Source: Dehalococcoidia bacterium
GTDB taxonomy: Bacteria > Chloroflexota > Dehalococcoidia > Lucifugimonadales > UBA3495
NCBI GenBank assembly: GCA_963663135.2
Contig: CAXXRM010000005.1
Location: 353,812 to 417,811 of the forward strand
Direction: 5' to 3'
DNA length: 64,000 bases
Position 1 is the first letter of the stretch. The number at the start of each line of letters is the position of its first letter. The position numbers and the translations under genes were made by a program. Below are positions 1 to 9,119 of this stretch, one piece after another. The notes under the pieces are model-generated. The model was not told the DNA's origin and made no database searches. It saw only the letters and a list, made by a program, of their open reading frames with translations.

Positions 1-855
1 GCGGTGGCCGTGGGCGCTTGCCTGGCCCTGCGCGACGACGACTGGATCACCGGCAACCACCGGTCCCACGGCCACCCCATAGCCAAGGGCGGCGACGTGA
101 ATAAGGCTATGGCCGAATTGCTGGGCAAAAGCACCGGTTTCTGCAAAGGCAAGGGCGGTTCGATGCACCTGGCGGATTTCAGCGTCGGAATTCTGGGTGA
201 GTCGGGCATCTTGGGATCATCCATCCCTACCGCGGTGGGCGCAGCCTTGGGCAGCCAGCTCCAGGGCAACGACCGCGTCGCAGTCCCATTCTTTGGCGAC
301 GGGGCCAGCAACGAGGGCGCTTTCCACGAGTCTTTGAACTTGGCCGCGATCTGGAAGCTGCCCGTGGTCTTTCTCTGCGAGAACAACCAGTACGCCGTGA
401 CCAGCAGTTTCAAGAAAATGGTCGCCTCGGAAAACATCTCCGACCGGGCGGCGGCCTACAACATACCCGGGGTGTTGGTCGATGGTCAGGACGTGATCGC
501 AATGTACGAAGCGGTGTCGGAGGCGGTTGCACGGGCCCGTGCGGGCGAGGGGCCGGCTCTCATCGAGGGCCGCACCTACCGTTATTTCGACCACTCGCTC
601 GGCCTTAATCGCATCGTCCGCGACCCTTACCGGGAGGACGAGGAGGTGGAGCATTGGAAGCAGCGCGACCCCATTATAATTCACGCGAAACTGCTGCTCT
701 CCCAGGGTATCGCCACCCAAGTCGAGCTTGACGCTTTGGAATCTGAAATCGCGGCCCAAATAGACGAAGCAACTGAGTTCGCCCGCCAAAGCCCCTACCC
801 GGAGCCGTCGGCCCTGTTCGAGGACATGTTTGCCAACCCGATACCTCTGGAGTGA
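1..855 (+). CDS. 2-oxoacid (pyruvate/acetoin/branched-chain type) dehydrogenase E1 alpha subunit, TPP-dependent; 5' end outside window
   Basis: The frame is open to the window start. The translation has the TPP-binding stretch FFGDGASNEG...LPVVFLCENNQYA typical of E1-alpha. E1-beta and E2 genes follow on the same strand. Confidence 0.85.
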   Translation, partial: AVAVGACLALRDDDWITGNHRSHGHPIAKGGDVNKAMAELLGKSTGFCKGKGGSMHLADFSVGILGESGILGSSIPTAVGAALGSQLQGNDRVAVPFFGDGASNEGAFHESLNLAAIWKLPVVFLCENNQYAVTSSFKKMVASENISDRAAAYNIPGVLVDGQDVIAMYEAVSEAVARARAGEGPALIEGRTYRYFDHSLGLNRIVRDPYREDEEVEHWKQRDPIIIHAKLLLSQGIATQVELDALESEIAAQIDEATEFARQSPYPEPSALFEDMFANPIPLE

Positions 856-933
856 GCCGGTAAGCGGCCTCTATACGGGCGGATTGCGACCCCGATCACC
901 CCACCGGCATTGAGCCGGAGGCAGGAGGAAATT

Positions 934-1920
934 ATGACCCAGGTCCAAACCGAAACCAGGGACATCACCCTGACCCAGGCCCTCAATGAGGCCATGCGGG
1001 AGGAAATGCGCAAGGATGAACGGGTGTTCATCATGGGTGAAGACATTCAAAGCGGGGTGTACGGGGCATCTGGCGGTCTCGCTGCCGAGTTCGGTCCCGA
1101 ACGAGTGAGGGACTGCCCACTGTCCGAAAACGCGTTTATGGGCGCCGCCGTCGGCGCCGCTGCGGTGGGCATGCGGCCCATTGTGGAAAGCGCATTTTGC
1201 TTTATGTGGGTGGCGATGGATTCCCTGGTCAGCCAGGCCGCCAAGATGCGCTACATGTTCGGCGGCCAGGTGAACCTTCCCATAGTCTACCGGGCCTCCT
1301 TGTACTACGGCGGCAGCATGGCCGCCCACCACTCCGACCGCTCCTATCCTATTTTCATGCACATACCGGGCTTCAAGGTGGTGTTCCCCAGCAACGCCTA
1401 CGACGGCAAGGGGTTGATGAAAACCGCCATCCGAGAGGACGATCCAGTCCTGTTTTGCGAAGACCGCACCATTCTGGGATCCAGGGCGTTTGTTCCCGAG
1501 GATGACTACGCCATTCCACTGGGAGTGGCCGACATCAAACGCGAGGGTAGCGACGTTACCATCGTGGCCATCGGTGGGATGGTGCCACGCGCTCTGGATG
1601 CGGCGGAAACCCTGGACCGGGAAGGCGTTTCAGCGGAGGTCATCGACCCCCGCAGCCTGGTTCCCCTGGATAAGCAAACCATATTGGACTCGGTGGCCAA
1701 GACCGGCAGGTTGGTGACGGTGGACATGGCCCACAAAACCTGCAGCGCCGCCAGTGAAATTGCCGCTATTGTGGCCATGGAGGGGTTCTGGTCGCTCCAG
1801 GCCCCGGTGCAAAGGCTGGGAACCGTCAACGTGCACATTCCATTCAGTACGGCCTTGGAACCCTTGTGCTACCCCACTGCCGAATCGATAGCCGATGCAG
1901 CCCGCACAACCATGAGCTAG
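934..1920 (+). CDS. 2-oxoacid dehydrogenase E1 beta subunit
   Basis: Part of ORF 910..1920. The ATG at 934 follows GGAGGAA by a few nt, so I prefer it over the TTG at 910. The sequence looks like a transketolase-type pyrimidine-binding plus C-terminal domain (VFIMGEDI..., AEVIDPRSLVPLD). It is syntenic with E1-alpha and E2. Confidence 0.88.
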   Translation: MTQVQTETRDITLTQALNEAMREEMRKDERVFIMGEDIQSGVYGASGGLAAEFGPERVRDCPLSENAFMGAAVGAAAVGMRPIVESAFCFMWVAMDSLVSQAAKMRYMFGGQVNLPIVYRASLYYGGSMAAHHSDRSYPIFMHIPGFKVVFPSNAYDGKGLMKTAIREDDPVLFCEDRTILGSRAFVPEDDYAIPLGVADIKREGSDVTIVAIGGMVPRALDAAETLDREGVSAEVIDPRSLVPLDKQTILDSVAKTGRLVTVDMAHKTCSAASEIAAIVAMEGFWSLQAPVQRLGTVNVHIPFSTALEPLCYPTAESIADAARTTMS

Positions 1921-2056
1921 GCCCGCTTCCCATTGTCCTCTTCGCTTTGGTCAACTTCCCCGGCCGAGCAGAGGGGTTTACCGGAAGATGGGTTTAATCG
2001 GGGCCCTTGGCCCCAAGTCGAGCAGGCACCAGCACCGAGATTTGAGGTGACGCAGA

Positions 2057-3397
2057 ATGCCTACGGAGATCCTGCTGCCCCAGTGGGGCATGGAAATGGA
2101 CGAAGGCACCGTAGTGAGGTGGCTCAAAAAAGAGGGCGACCAGGTGCAGGAAGGCGAGCCGTTGGTGGAGATAGAAACCGCCAAGTTGACCACGGAACTG
2201 GAGTCGTTCGCCTCGGGGATTCTCACTCGCATTGTGGTGCCCGAGGGGGGCACCGTGCCGATCCGGGCGGTACTGGCTATCTTGACTGCCCCCGGAGAAG
2301 AGGTCGCCGCCCCGGAACCATCTCCGGGGGCGCCCGCGGTTGCGGAGCCTGTGGCCGCTGCTTCAGTCCAGGCGACCGCGTACCCAGGCCAGGTGGTGCC
2401 CGCGGCTCGGAGGTTGGCGCGGGAGCACAACGTTGCGTTGGCCCAAGTTCAGGGCAGCGGGCCCAACGGCCGGATTCTCATTGCCGACGTGGAGCGAGCT
2501 ATTGAAGCCGCCAAGTCTACGGCCTCCCCAGGGGATGCCACCCGGGCGCCCGTCGGTCAGGTGGTTCCGGCAGCCCGCCGGTTGGCCAACGAACATGGAG
2601 TAGACCTTGCCGGGGTGCGAGGCTCCGGGCCCAATGGCAGAATCCTTATCGCCGACGTGGAACGAGCCATCAGTTCACCCAAGTCTCCCCCTGCCCCAAC
2701 CGGAGATTCCGACCCGTCACACCAGACGGTGCGCATTGAGGGGATACGCCGCACCATTGCGTCCCGAATGCTGAACAGCCTGCAAACGATGGCCCAGGTT
2801 ACGTTGACCACCGAGGCCAATGTGTCGGAGGCCATGACTTTGCGGGAAGGACTGTCGCGCCATGCCGACGGTCCGGGATTGAGCCCGCTGCACCTGGTGG
2901 TTAAGGCCTGTGCGCGGGCCCTGCAGGACTACCCCCGGATGAACGCGATCCAGACGGAGGAAGGCTTCCGGCTTATGGACCGGGTAAACATCGGACTGGC
3001 CGTGTCTTTGCCGGAAGGCCTGGTTACGCCGGTGCTACGGGACGCAGCCTCGAAGAGCCTTGGCCAGATCGCCGCGGAAGCCCGAGGGCTGGCGGCCAAG
3101 ACCCGGGAAAACCGGGCCACCCCCGAAGACCTGGCCGACGGCAGTTTTACCGTCACCAACCTGGGGGCCTACGACATCGATGGCTTTACGCCCATTATCA
3201 ACCCGCCCCAGGTCGGGATACTGGGCGTGGGCCGGGCGGTGGACAAACCGATAATAGCGAATGGAGAGGTGGTCAAGGCCACGATGATGGTGCTCAGCCT
3301 GACCTTCGATCACCGGGTGGTGGACGGAGCGCCGGCTGCGGCATTCCTGCAGGCCGTCAAGGGCTATCTGGAAGACCCGTGGTGGATGGTTTCGTAG
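2057..3397 (+). CDS. dihydrolipoamide acyltransferase (E2) with one lipoyl domain and two peripheral-subunit-binding domains
   Basis: Lipoyl motif VEIETAKL. Two copies of GQVVPAARRLA.EH.V.L..V.GSGPNGRILIADVERAI. C-terminal catalytic motif FDHRVVDG. GAGGTGA lies upstream of the ATG. Confidence 0.9.
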   Translation: MPTEILLPQWGMEMDEGTVVRWLKKEGDQVQEGEPLVEIETAKLTTELESFASGILTRIVVPEGGTVPIRAVLAILTAPGEEVAAPEPSPGAPAVAEPVAAASVQATAYPGQVVPAARRLAREHNVALAQVQGSGPNGRILIADVERAIEAAKSTASPGDATRAPVGQVVPAARRLANEHGVDLAGVRGSGPNGRILIADVERAISSPKSPPAPTGDSDPSHQTVRIEGIRRTIASRMLNSLQTMAQVTLTTEANVSEAMTLREGLSRHADGPGLSPLHLVVKACARALQDYPRMNAIQTEEGFRLMDRVNIGLAVSLPEGLVTPVLRDAASKSLGQIAAEARGLAAKTRENRATPEDLADGSFTVTNLGAYDIDGFTPIINPPQVGILGVGRAVDKPIIANGEVVKATMMVLSLTFDHRVVDGAPAAAFLQAVKGYLEDPWWMVS

Positions 3398-3455
3398 GGG
3401 AATCCATCCTGCCTTGAGAAGATGAAAATGGAACGCTGGACCGCTTGAGCACAGC

Positions 3456-3863
3456 TCAGAACAGTCCGGCCAAGGCTTCTTGCGGGCCGACCGCGGGAAT
3501 TGGAGACCGTTCGTAGTCCCTGAGGTTTCTGGTCACGATGTGTCTGGCGCCGCAGGCGCGGGCGGCGGCCACTTGCATGGCGTCTTCGAAGTCGTCCATG
3601 GGAAGCGCCGCCGCATAACGAATGGACTCGGCGTCGGCCGGCGCCACCCCAACAAAGCGGGTTAGTTCAACTATAAAGTCACGTGTGCTTATGCCCCCCA
3701 ATGATGGGGACACCAAGTAGTAGAGGTTAGACACCGAGTGCCACGCCATGGATGCACCCTCTGAGCCGTTTTCTATCCGGTCCAGGAGTTCCGACGAAGG
3801 AACCGAGTGCGGATGCCTGTCGAGGGCCACATCGATAAGCACGTCCGTGTCAAGGAAAATCAT
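3456..3863 (-). CDS. vapC: PIN-domain toxin (VapC-like)
   Basis: 135 aa with the N-terminal acidic PIN signature MIFLDTDVLID. It overlaps the preceding small gene by 4 nt, the classic type II toxin-antitoxin layout. Confidence 0.8.
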   Translation of the reverse strand: MIFLDTDVLIDVALDRHPHSVPSSELLDRIENGSEGASMAWHSVSNLYYLVSPSLGGISTRDFIVELTRFVGVAPADAESIRYAAALPMDDFEDAMQVAAARACGARHIVTRNLRDYERSPIPAVGPQEALAGLF

Positions 3864-4084
3864 TGGAGATACTTATTGGCCAGCGCCTCGTAGCGAGGGT
3901 CGTCACGCTCGGCGGCTTTAAACTTTCCCCGCCACTTGGCAGAGAAGGATAAATCATAGTCTCCGGCCGTCTCTCTCAGAGCCTTTTCGATAAGCGAGGA
4001 AAGGGAAACTCCCTGGGAACGAGCGTACCTCTTGGCTATTGGAAGCAAATCGGCGTCTACGGTGATTGTAAGCTTTTGCTTCAT
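3860..4084 (-). CDS. antitoxin partner of VapC (VapB-like)
   Basis: 74-aa charged protein (LTITVDADLL...SLSSLIEKAL) that overlaps the vapC start. The call rests mainly on position and size. Confidence 0.6.
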   Translation of the reverse strand: MKQKLTITVDADLLPIAKRYARSQGVSLSSLIEKALRETAGDYDLSFSAKWRGKFKAAERDDPRYEALANKYLQ

Positions 4085-4196
4085 GAGGTTCTATTGCTCC
4101 GCTGAAACCGTATACGTATAACCCAACATAGTATACGTGGTACGCTTCCCAGTTACAATACCCGGCATTCCCTGGCAAGACCCTACCGGTAAGGCC

Positions 4197-4310
4197 TTAA
4201 GTGTTCAAGGTTGTGTGGAAGTAAACCTCGTCCAGGGCCAGAGGACGGCGCAGCAAGCCCTGTTCGTAAGAGCCTTGAATAGCTCGCTCGATGTTTTTGC
4301 CCATCTTGTT
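4197..4310 (-). pseudogene. 3'-terminal remnant (last 37 codons plus stop) of a third PhtD-like paralog
   Basis: My hand alignment gives 106/114 nt identical to 6718..6831. The minus-strand translation is NKMGKNIERAIQGSYEQGLLRRPLALDEVYFHTTLNT*. No upstream continuation of the gene exists. Confidence 0.8.
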
Positions 4311-4365
4311 TATGCCACCACTAATCTCGAGACTACTCTAATGATAGGTGCGTCGTACACCGGGG

Positions 4366-6528
4366 TTACGAGCCAGGGATTGGTCTGCCGTGCATACGGC
4401 GATACAGGTCGAGGAACTCAGCTTTTAGGGCTGGTGGAGTATTCGATAGAAATACCTGGTAAATCTCGTCTTCAGTAACGCGGGAGCCTTTAGCCTCACC
4501 TATCATGTACAGATCCCGCAAAGAGGACGAAACTACGTCGTGCCCCAGGGATTTATACAATCCCAACAGAAAGGACTCGCCAAGATAATAGTGGCAATCC
4601 CTGGATCGTGGATCTTCTACAATCACTTGGGCTGTTTCTGCGCCTTTAGCCACGTTCCACTCGTGAATGTTGATGAATCCATAGGGTATACAGCGTTCAA
4701 CGACCACGTCCTGCGCGGTGGTGTAACTGGATTCAAGACTTGCACCTTCGGTGATATGTAGAACGTAATCCCTAAGAAAATGTGAACCGCCTTCAGCTAG
4801 CCAGAAGCGCGCATTGTCATACGACAAATAATAGTGGGCTAGCTCATGGTAAAGTGTCGCCTTGGCTGCTTGGGCCCCTAGGTTGGATCTCGCATTTATG
4901 TGAGTGCCGAAATTCTTGCCAACATTGCCATCGGGGTTCAATTCGGGCGCCAGAAGTGCAATGACGTTAGGTTGATCCCAAGGCACGTGCATGAAACCCT
5001 CTATCACCTCAATCCCGCGGCGCAGGACTTCAAACACTTCGCGGTCCTCTCGGAAAGGAGGCCACCCGACGACAAACAGGTTTACTTCACCTACCGAAGG
5101 CAAGAAAAAAGTTTCGGAGTACACGGGACCGCTTTCCATCAGTCCTTGGAAGGCGGTCTCCGACGCTTTCGAAAGATCAGCGACACTCCGAAGCGTGACA
5201 ATCAGGGCCATCTCTTCGCTGGTCAATCCATTCCCGAGCCACAGCTGGTTGTTGAGTTGCTTCAATCGGCGACGATCTGGCAAAGCGAGAATGTACTCCA
5301 AGGAACGCATAACACTTGCGCCCAGACTAGCCTCCGCGTACTCCACCGTGGGCTCCAAAGAAAGCACAACATCTACGATTATCCTCTTATCTGCACTATA
5401 CGAAATGACTCCAGAGTCTAAATCCCAGGCGAATTGTGCCCGGGCCGAAAGGAAGTCAACGGCGAGACCTTCTTGTTTAGAAATGCCGTCGGTAATCCAA
5501 GGAAGACTCATCAGACTTTGCGCCAGCGAGAGGTCTGTCCGGGCCAAATTGTAGAAACTGTCAATGGCTGTCCTTTCGCGCTTACTAATGCCGTCGGCGA
5601 GCCACGGCAAGCCTATCAGGAGCTGAGTCACGGAAGCGTATCTGAAACGGTCGCCCCCGATAGCGAAGAGATCATCAAACTCGTCCCGAGTGATGTCGTC
5701 GGCGACCCACCGGAAGTCCAGCAGAGGCTGAGCCACGGATGGGTTCAGGGCGGCAAGTGCCATGAAAAAACCAATGGCATCTCTCTCGACAGAATTGATA
5801 TCGTCCGTGAACCATTCGAAGCCCAGGATAGTTCGGGTCCAAGCGGGGTCTGCCCGTTCTATGCTGGAAAAGAATTGGATTGCTCCCCTTTCATGACCTG
5901 TGACTCCATCCTGTACCCAAGGTAAGTCACCTAATGTGAGCTCCGGCAGGGGCACCACCGTTGGAGCATTGGTCGGCATTGGCGCGGGGTCCGGTCTGGG
6001 CGTAGCCTTGGGAGCCGGCGTGGTCGTAACCGTAGGCGCAAGAGTCGATGTTGGAGTGGTCGGCGTAGACGTGAGTACTGGTGTCGACGCCGCCGCTGGC
6101 GCGGCGGCCGTCACCGCAGGTACCGGCATTGGCGCGGGGTCCGGTTTGGGCGTAGCCTTGGGAGACGGGGTGGTCGTGACCGTAGGCGTAAGAGTCGACG
6201 TTGGCGTGGCCGGCGTAGACGTGATTACTTGTGTCGACGCCGCCGTCGGCGCGGCAGCCGTCGCCGCAGGTATCGGCGCAGGGGTTGGGGCAGGCCTGTC
6301 TGTCGCGGCTGGCGTCGGGTTCGGCGTCTGTGTTGGCGCCGAGGTTGCGGTTAGCGTGTGCGTGGGCGCTTCCGCCGGCTTCGCTGACGCTTGGGTTGCT
6401 TCGCCGCTGACTGGCGCGGATGTTAAGGTTCCGCCGGGCCCGGTTTCGCAACCAAGCATAGCGGCTGCGAGCAAGCCGACGGCCACAATTGCTGAATGAG
6501 CTTTGAGACTTTTCAAATCACGCCACAT
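4366..6528 (-). CDS. lipoprotein with Thr/Pro-rich tandem repeats, five ~36-aa internal repeats and a gluzincin-like HExxH metallopeptidase motif
   Basis: Signal peptide with lipobox AAAMLGC. Two 50-aa TP-rich repeats. Repeats of the form LPW(V/L/I).DG(V/I)...ER.AI..F lie at about 5382..5925. HELAH at 4834..4848 is followed by WLAEGGSHF, which resembles the M1-type WLNEGFA glutamate motif. Confidence 0.6.
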   Translation of the reverse strand: MWRDLKSLKAHSAIVAVGLLAAAMLGCETGPGGTLTSAPVSGEATQASAKPAEAPTHTLTATSAPTQTPNPTPAATDRPAPTPAPIPAATAAAPTAASTQVITSTPATPTSTLTPTVTTTPSPKATPKPDPAPMPVPAVTAAAPAAASTPVLTSTPTTPTSTLAPTVTTTPAPKATPRPDPAPMPTNAPTVVPLPELTLGDLPWVQDGVTGHERGAIQFFSSIERADPAWTRTILGFEWFTDDINSVERDAIGFFMALAALNPSVAQPLLDFRWVADDITRDEFDDLFAIGGDRFRYASVTQLLIGLPWLADGISKRERTAIDSFYNLARTDLSLAQSLMSLPWITDGISKQEGLAVDFLSARAQFAWDLDSGVISYSADKRIIVDVVLSLEPTVEYAEASLGASVMRSLEYILALPDRRRLKQLNNQLWLGNGLTSEEMALIVTLRSVADLSKASETAFQGLMESGPVYSETFFLPSVGEVNLFVVGWPPFREDREVFEVLRRGIEVIEGFMHVPWDQPNVIALLAPELNPDGNVGKNFGTHINARSNLGAQAAKATLYHELAHYYLSYDNARFWLAEGGSHFLRDYVLHITEGASLESSYTTAQDVVVERCIPYGFINIHEWNVAKGAETAQVIVEDPRSRDCHYYLGESFLLGLYKSLGHDVVSSSLRDLYMIGEAKGSRVTEDEIYQVFLSNTPPALKAEFLDLYRRMHGRPIPGS
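5975..6274. repeat. 150-bp tandem repeat x2 (a degenerate third unit continues to ~6330) inside the lipoprotein gene
   Basis: The units start at 5975 and 6125 (GGCATTGGCGCGGGGTCCGGT...). The period of exactly 150 bp equals 50 codons. Confidence 0.85.
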
Positions 6529-6717
6529 CGGGTTGAGCTAAAAAAAGAGAAGTCAAACGAGTCTTATCCTTCTATAGACTCCCTCGATGTTGCGGACGGC
6601 GATGGCGCCAGCGCCTGTCGCCTTCGTCCAGAATCTCGCGGACATAACCGCAGTGGGGTGCGAACCACCGGCGCCGCTACCATCAAGCAGCGGCGCCGGT
6701 GGTTTACCGGGTGTCCG

Positions 6718-7770
6718 TTAAGTGTTCAAGGTGGTGTGGAAGTAAACCTCGTCCAGGGTCAGTGGTCGGCGCAGCAGGCCCTGCTCGTAAGAGCCTTGAA
6801 TGGCCCGCTCGATGTTTTTGCCCATCTTGTTAAGTCCGATGGGATACGGGTCTTCCCCGAATACCTCAGCCTGCTCTGCGAATTCCCGGCCGCCCATGTA
6901 CAGGTAGCCCGACAGGTTGTCCCTGGCGCGCTCGTAAGCCACCTGCTTGGACCGCTCAAAAGCCTGGTACAGCTCCATCGCTACCCAGGGATGGTCCTTC
7001 AGGATGCGGTTCTGGACGATGATGTTGTGGTTGACATGGTGGAACTGGGTCTTCTGGTAGTATTCCCGGATTAGCTCCCATCCGCCGTCGGGCAGCAACC
7101 GCTTGACCTTGGGGTTGTTCGTCATCTGGGTTCCGGCGTAACGGTCGATGATCGTTGTGTCGCCGGCGGTCACCGTGCCGCTGGTCTGGAGGACCGTGCA
7201 GGCGTCTATGGTTCCGTTCTCCAGCTCCGAGTCCTGGGCTTGGTCCACGGTATAGAAGGAATGATCTACCCCCTGGACCTCATACCCGGGCATGTGCAAC
7301 CCCAGGGCCCCGCCGTGGCTCAACTCCTTGGTTCTGGCGTTGAACCAAACGTTGTCGCCGGCTTCGATGCCGTACAGGTCTTTCAACGTGCACCGCATCC
7401 ATAAGGCGGCGGTCATGTCATAGTCGGGGACCGCGATGCGCTTTCCCTTCAGGTCGGCCAGCGAATTTATCCCCGACGACGTATTGACGTAGAGGCCGGA
7501 CCACATGTGGCCGCGGCTCAGAAACACGGGCAGGGCCGACCAGTCCCAACGGCCGTTGCCCAAAGTCTCGCGCCGCTCCCGAGCCAACAGGGTCTCGGAA
7601 ATAGACATTTCCGACACGTCGAATTCGTCGTAAGCCAGGTTGCGGTAGAAAAGCATCCCTCCGTGGACGGTCACTATCTCCAGGTCTATGCCCTCGGGTT
7701 TGACAGTGCCGTCTTTGAGCGGGGCCACCCTGGGATTGTCCCCGAACGCCATGGTCATATGCAGGCCCAT
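6718..7770 (-). CDS. PhtD-like protein (4,5-dihydroxyphthalate decarboxylase family, periplasmic-binding-protein-like fold, cytosolic)
   Basis: 350 aa with no signal peptide. The N-terminus AFGDNPRVAPLKDGTVKPEGIDLEIV...FYRNLAYDEFDVSEMSISE matches my recollection of the PhtD family pattern. A paralog lies next door. Confidence 0.55.
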   Translation of the reverse strand: MGLHMTMAFGDNPRVAPLKDGTVKPEGIDLEIVTVHGGMLFYRNLAYDEFDVSEMSISETLLARERRETLGNGRWDWSALPVFLSRGHMWSGLYVNTSSGINSLADLKGKRIAVPDYDMTAALWMRCTLKDLYGIEAGDNVWFNARTKELSHGGALGLHMPGYEVQGVDHSFYTVDQAQDSELENGTIDACTVLQTSGTVTAGDTTIIDRYAGTQMTNNPKVKRLLPDGGWELIREYYQKTQFHHVNHNIIVQNRILKDHPWVAMELYQAFERSKQVAYERARDNLSGYLYMGGREFAEQAEVFGEDPYPIGLNKMGKNIERAIQGSYEQGLLRRPLTLDEVYFHTTLNT

Positions 7771-7942
7771 TTTTTACCCCCGTTAGTTAGTGCTGGTCGT
7801 CAGGTCAGGTCGTCCGTCAATGCCGGCGCTTTCCGGAATTAGGAATCCTCTGAACAAGTCTGGAACGACGGCGATCCTCTGTTGGAATCGTGCTTGGCTA
7901 AGGCGTGGTCTGGGGCAATCAAACAACTTATTCAGAGGTTTC

Positions 7943-9001
7943 CTAGGTGTCCATCATCGTGTGGAAATAGACGTCCTCAAGCTTCAAAGGCTTGGTGAGC
8001 AACCCCGCTTCCTGGTTGCTTTGGATGATGCGTTCTATATTCTTACCCATTTTTTGAATCCCCATGGGGAATGGGTCCGCGCCGAGGGCGGCGTCCTGAT
8101 CCTTGAAAGCGTTTTCGGGGAAGTACAGGTACCCCGCGGAGGCCTCGCGGGCCCTTTCGTAGGCAACTTCCTTGGACTTTTCAAATGCCTTGTAAAGCTC
8201 CAGGGCAACCCACGGGTGTTCCCGGAGGATACGGTTCTGCACTATCACGTGGTGGTTGGCGTGGAAGAACCCGGTCTGGCGGTAGTAGTCATAAACCGCC
8301 TGCTGGCCGGCGTCGGGCATGAGCAGTCGGAAGTTGGGGTTTCCGTCAACCTGGGTGCCGCCGTAACGGTCAATGACCGAGGCGTCTCCTGCGGTCACCC
8401 GGCCCCGCCTGCGGATGCCGCCGCTGGCGTCCAACTCTCCACTGTCAAGCATTTGGTCCAAGGTCTGGTCCGCCGTTAGCCAATGGTGTTCTACACCCAC
8501 CACCTCGTGGCCCGGCAGGTGCAAACCCAGGCCGCCGCCGTGGCTCAGCTCTTTGGTCCGGCCGTTCCACCAACTATTGTCACTGGCTTCAATGCCGTAA
8601 AAGTCCTTCAAGTGGCAGCGCAGCCACACCGCAGAGGTCTGGTCGTAGTCGCCATATCCGATGCGCTTTCCCTTCAGGTCCGCCGGAGACTGGATGCCCG
8701 AGTCGTTCCGGACGTAGAAGTTTGGCCAGGGGTGGCCCCGGCCCAGGAATACCGGCAGCGAAGACCAGTCCCATTTCCCATTGCCGGTGGTGTCTTTCCT
8801 TTCAGTCGCCACCAGCGTCTCGGACATCGACATTTCCGAGGCGTCGAATTCGTCGTTCGCCAGGTTGCGGTAAAAGAGCATTCCCCCTTCTATGGTCAGG
8901 ACTTCCAGGTCGATGCCTTCAGGCTTGACCGTTCCGTCCCGCATGGGGTCCACCCTGGGATTGTCGCCGAAAGCAATGGTCATTTTTAGCGCCATTTCCA
9001 A
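7943..9001 (-). CDS. PhtD-like protein, paralog of 6718..7770
   Basis: 352 aa, colinear with the neighbouring paralog along its whole length (AFGDNPRVDPMRDGTVKPEGIDLEVL...). Confidence 0.55.
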   Translation of the reverse strand: MEMALKMTIAFGDNPRVDPMRDGTVKPEGIDLEVLTIEGGMLFYRNLANDEFDASEMSMSETLVATERKDTTGNGKWDWSSLPVFLGRGHPWPNFYVRNDSGIQSPADLKGKRIGYGDYDQTSAVWLRCHLKDFYGIEASDNSWWNGRTKELSHGGGLGLHLPGHEVVGVEHHWLTADQTLDQMLDSGELDASGGIRRRGRVTAGDASVIDRYGGTQVDGNPNFRLLMPDAGQQAVYDYYRQTGFFHANHHVIVQNRILREHPWVALELYKAFEKSKEVAYERAREASAGYLYFPENAFKDQDAALGADPFPMGIQKMGKNIERIIQSNQEAGLLTKPLKLEDVYFHTMMDT

Positions 9002-9119
9002 CCTCCAAAGGCCTTATTCCCCTGAGTGATTAGAACCCGTGGGTTTGATTGCGATTGTCCGGGCCTATAAATGCCGACGAGCTCGCGGACAAAGATATGA
9101 ACGATCAGCCGGCCAAGCC

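Noticed and set aside
910-933. TTG start at 910 for the E1-beta gene
   Set aside because: The ATG at 934 has a GGAGGAA Shine-Dalgarno sequence just upstream, and the conserved protein begins there.
5900-6499. 199-aa Gly/Val/Ala-rich plus-strand ORF
   Set aside because: It is the antisense mirror of the Thr/Pro-rich repeats of the lipoprotein gene. Its repetitive composition is a by-product of the 150-bp repeat.
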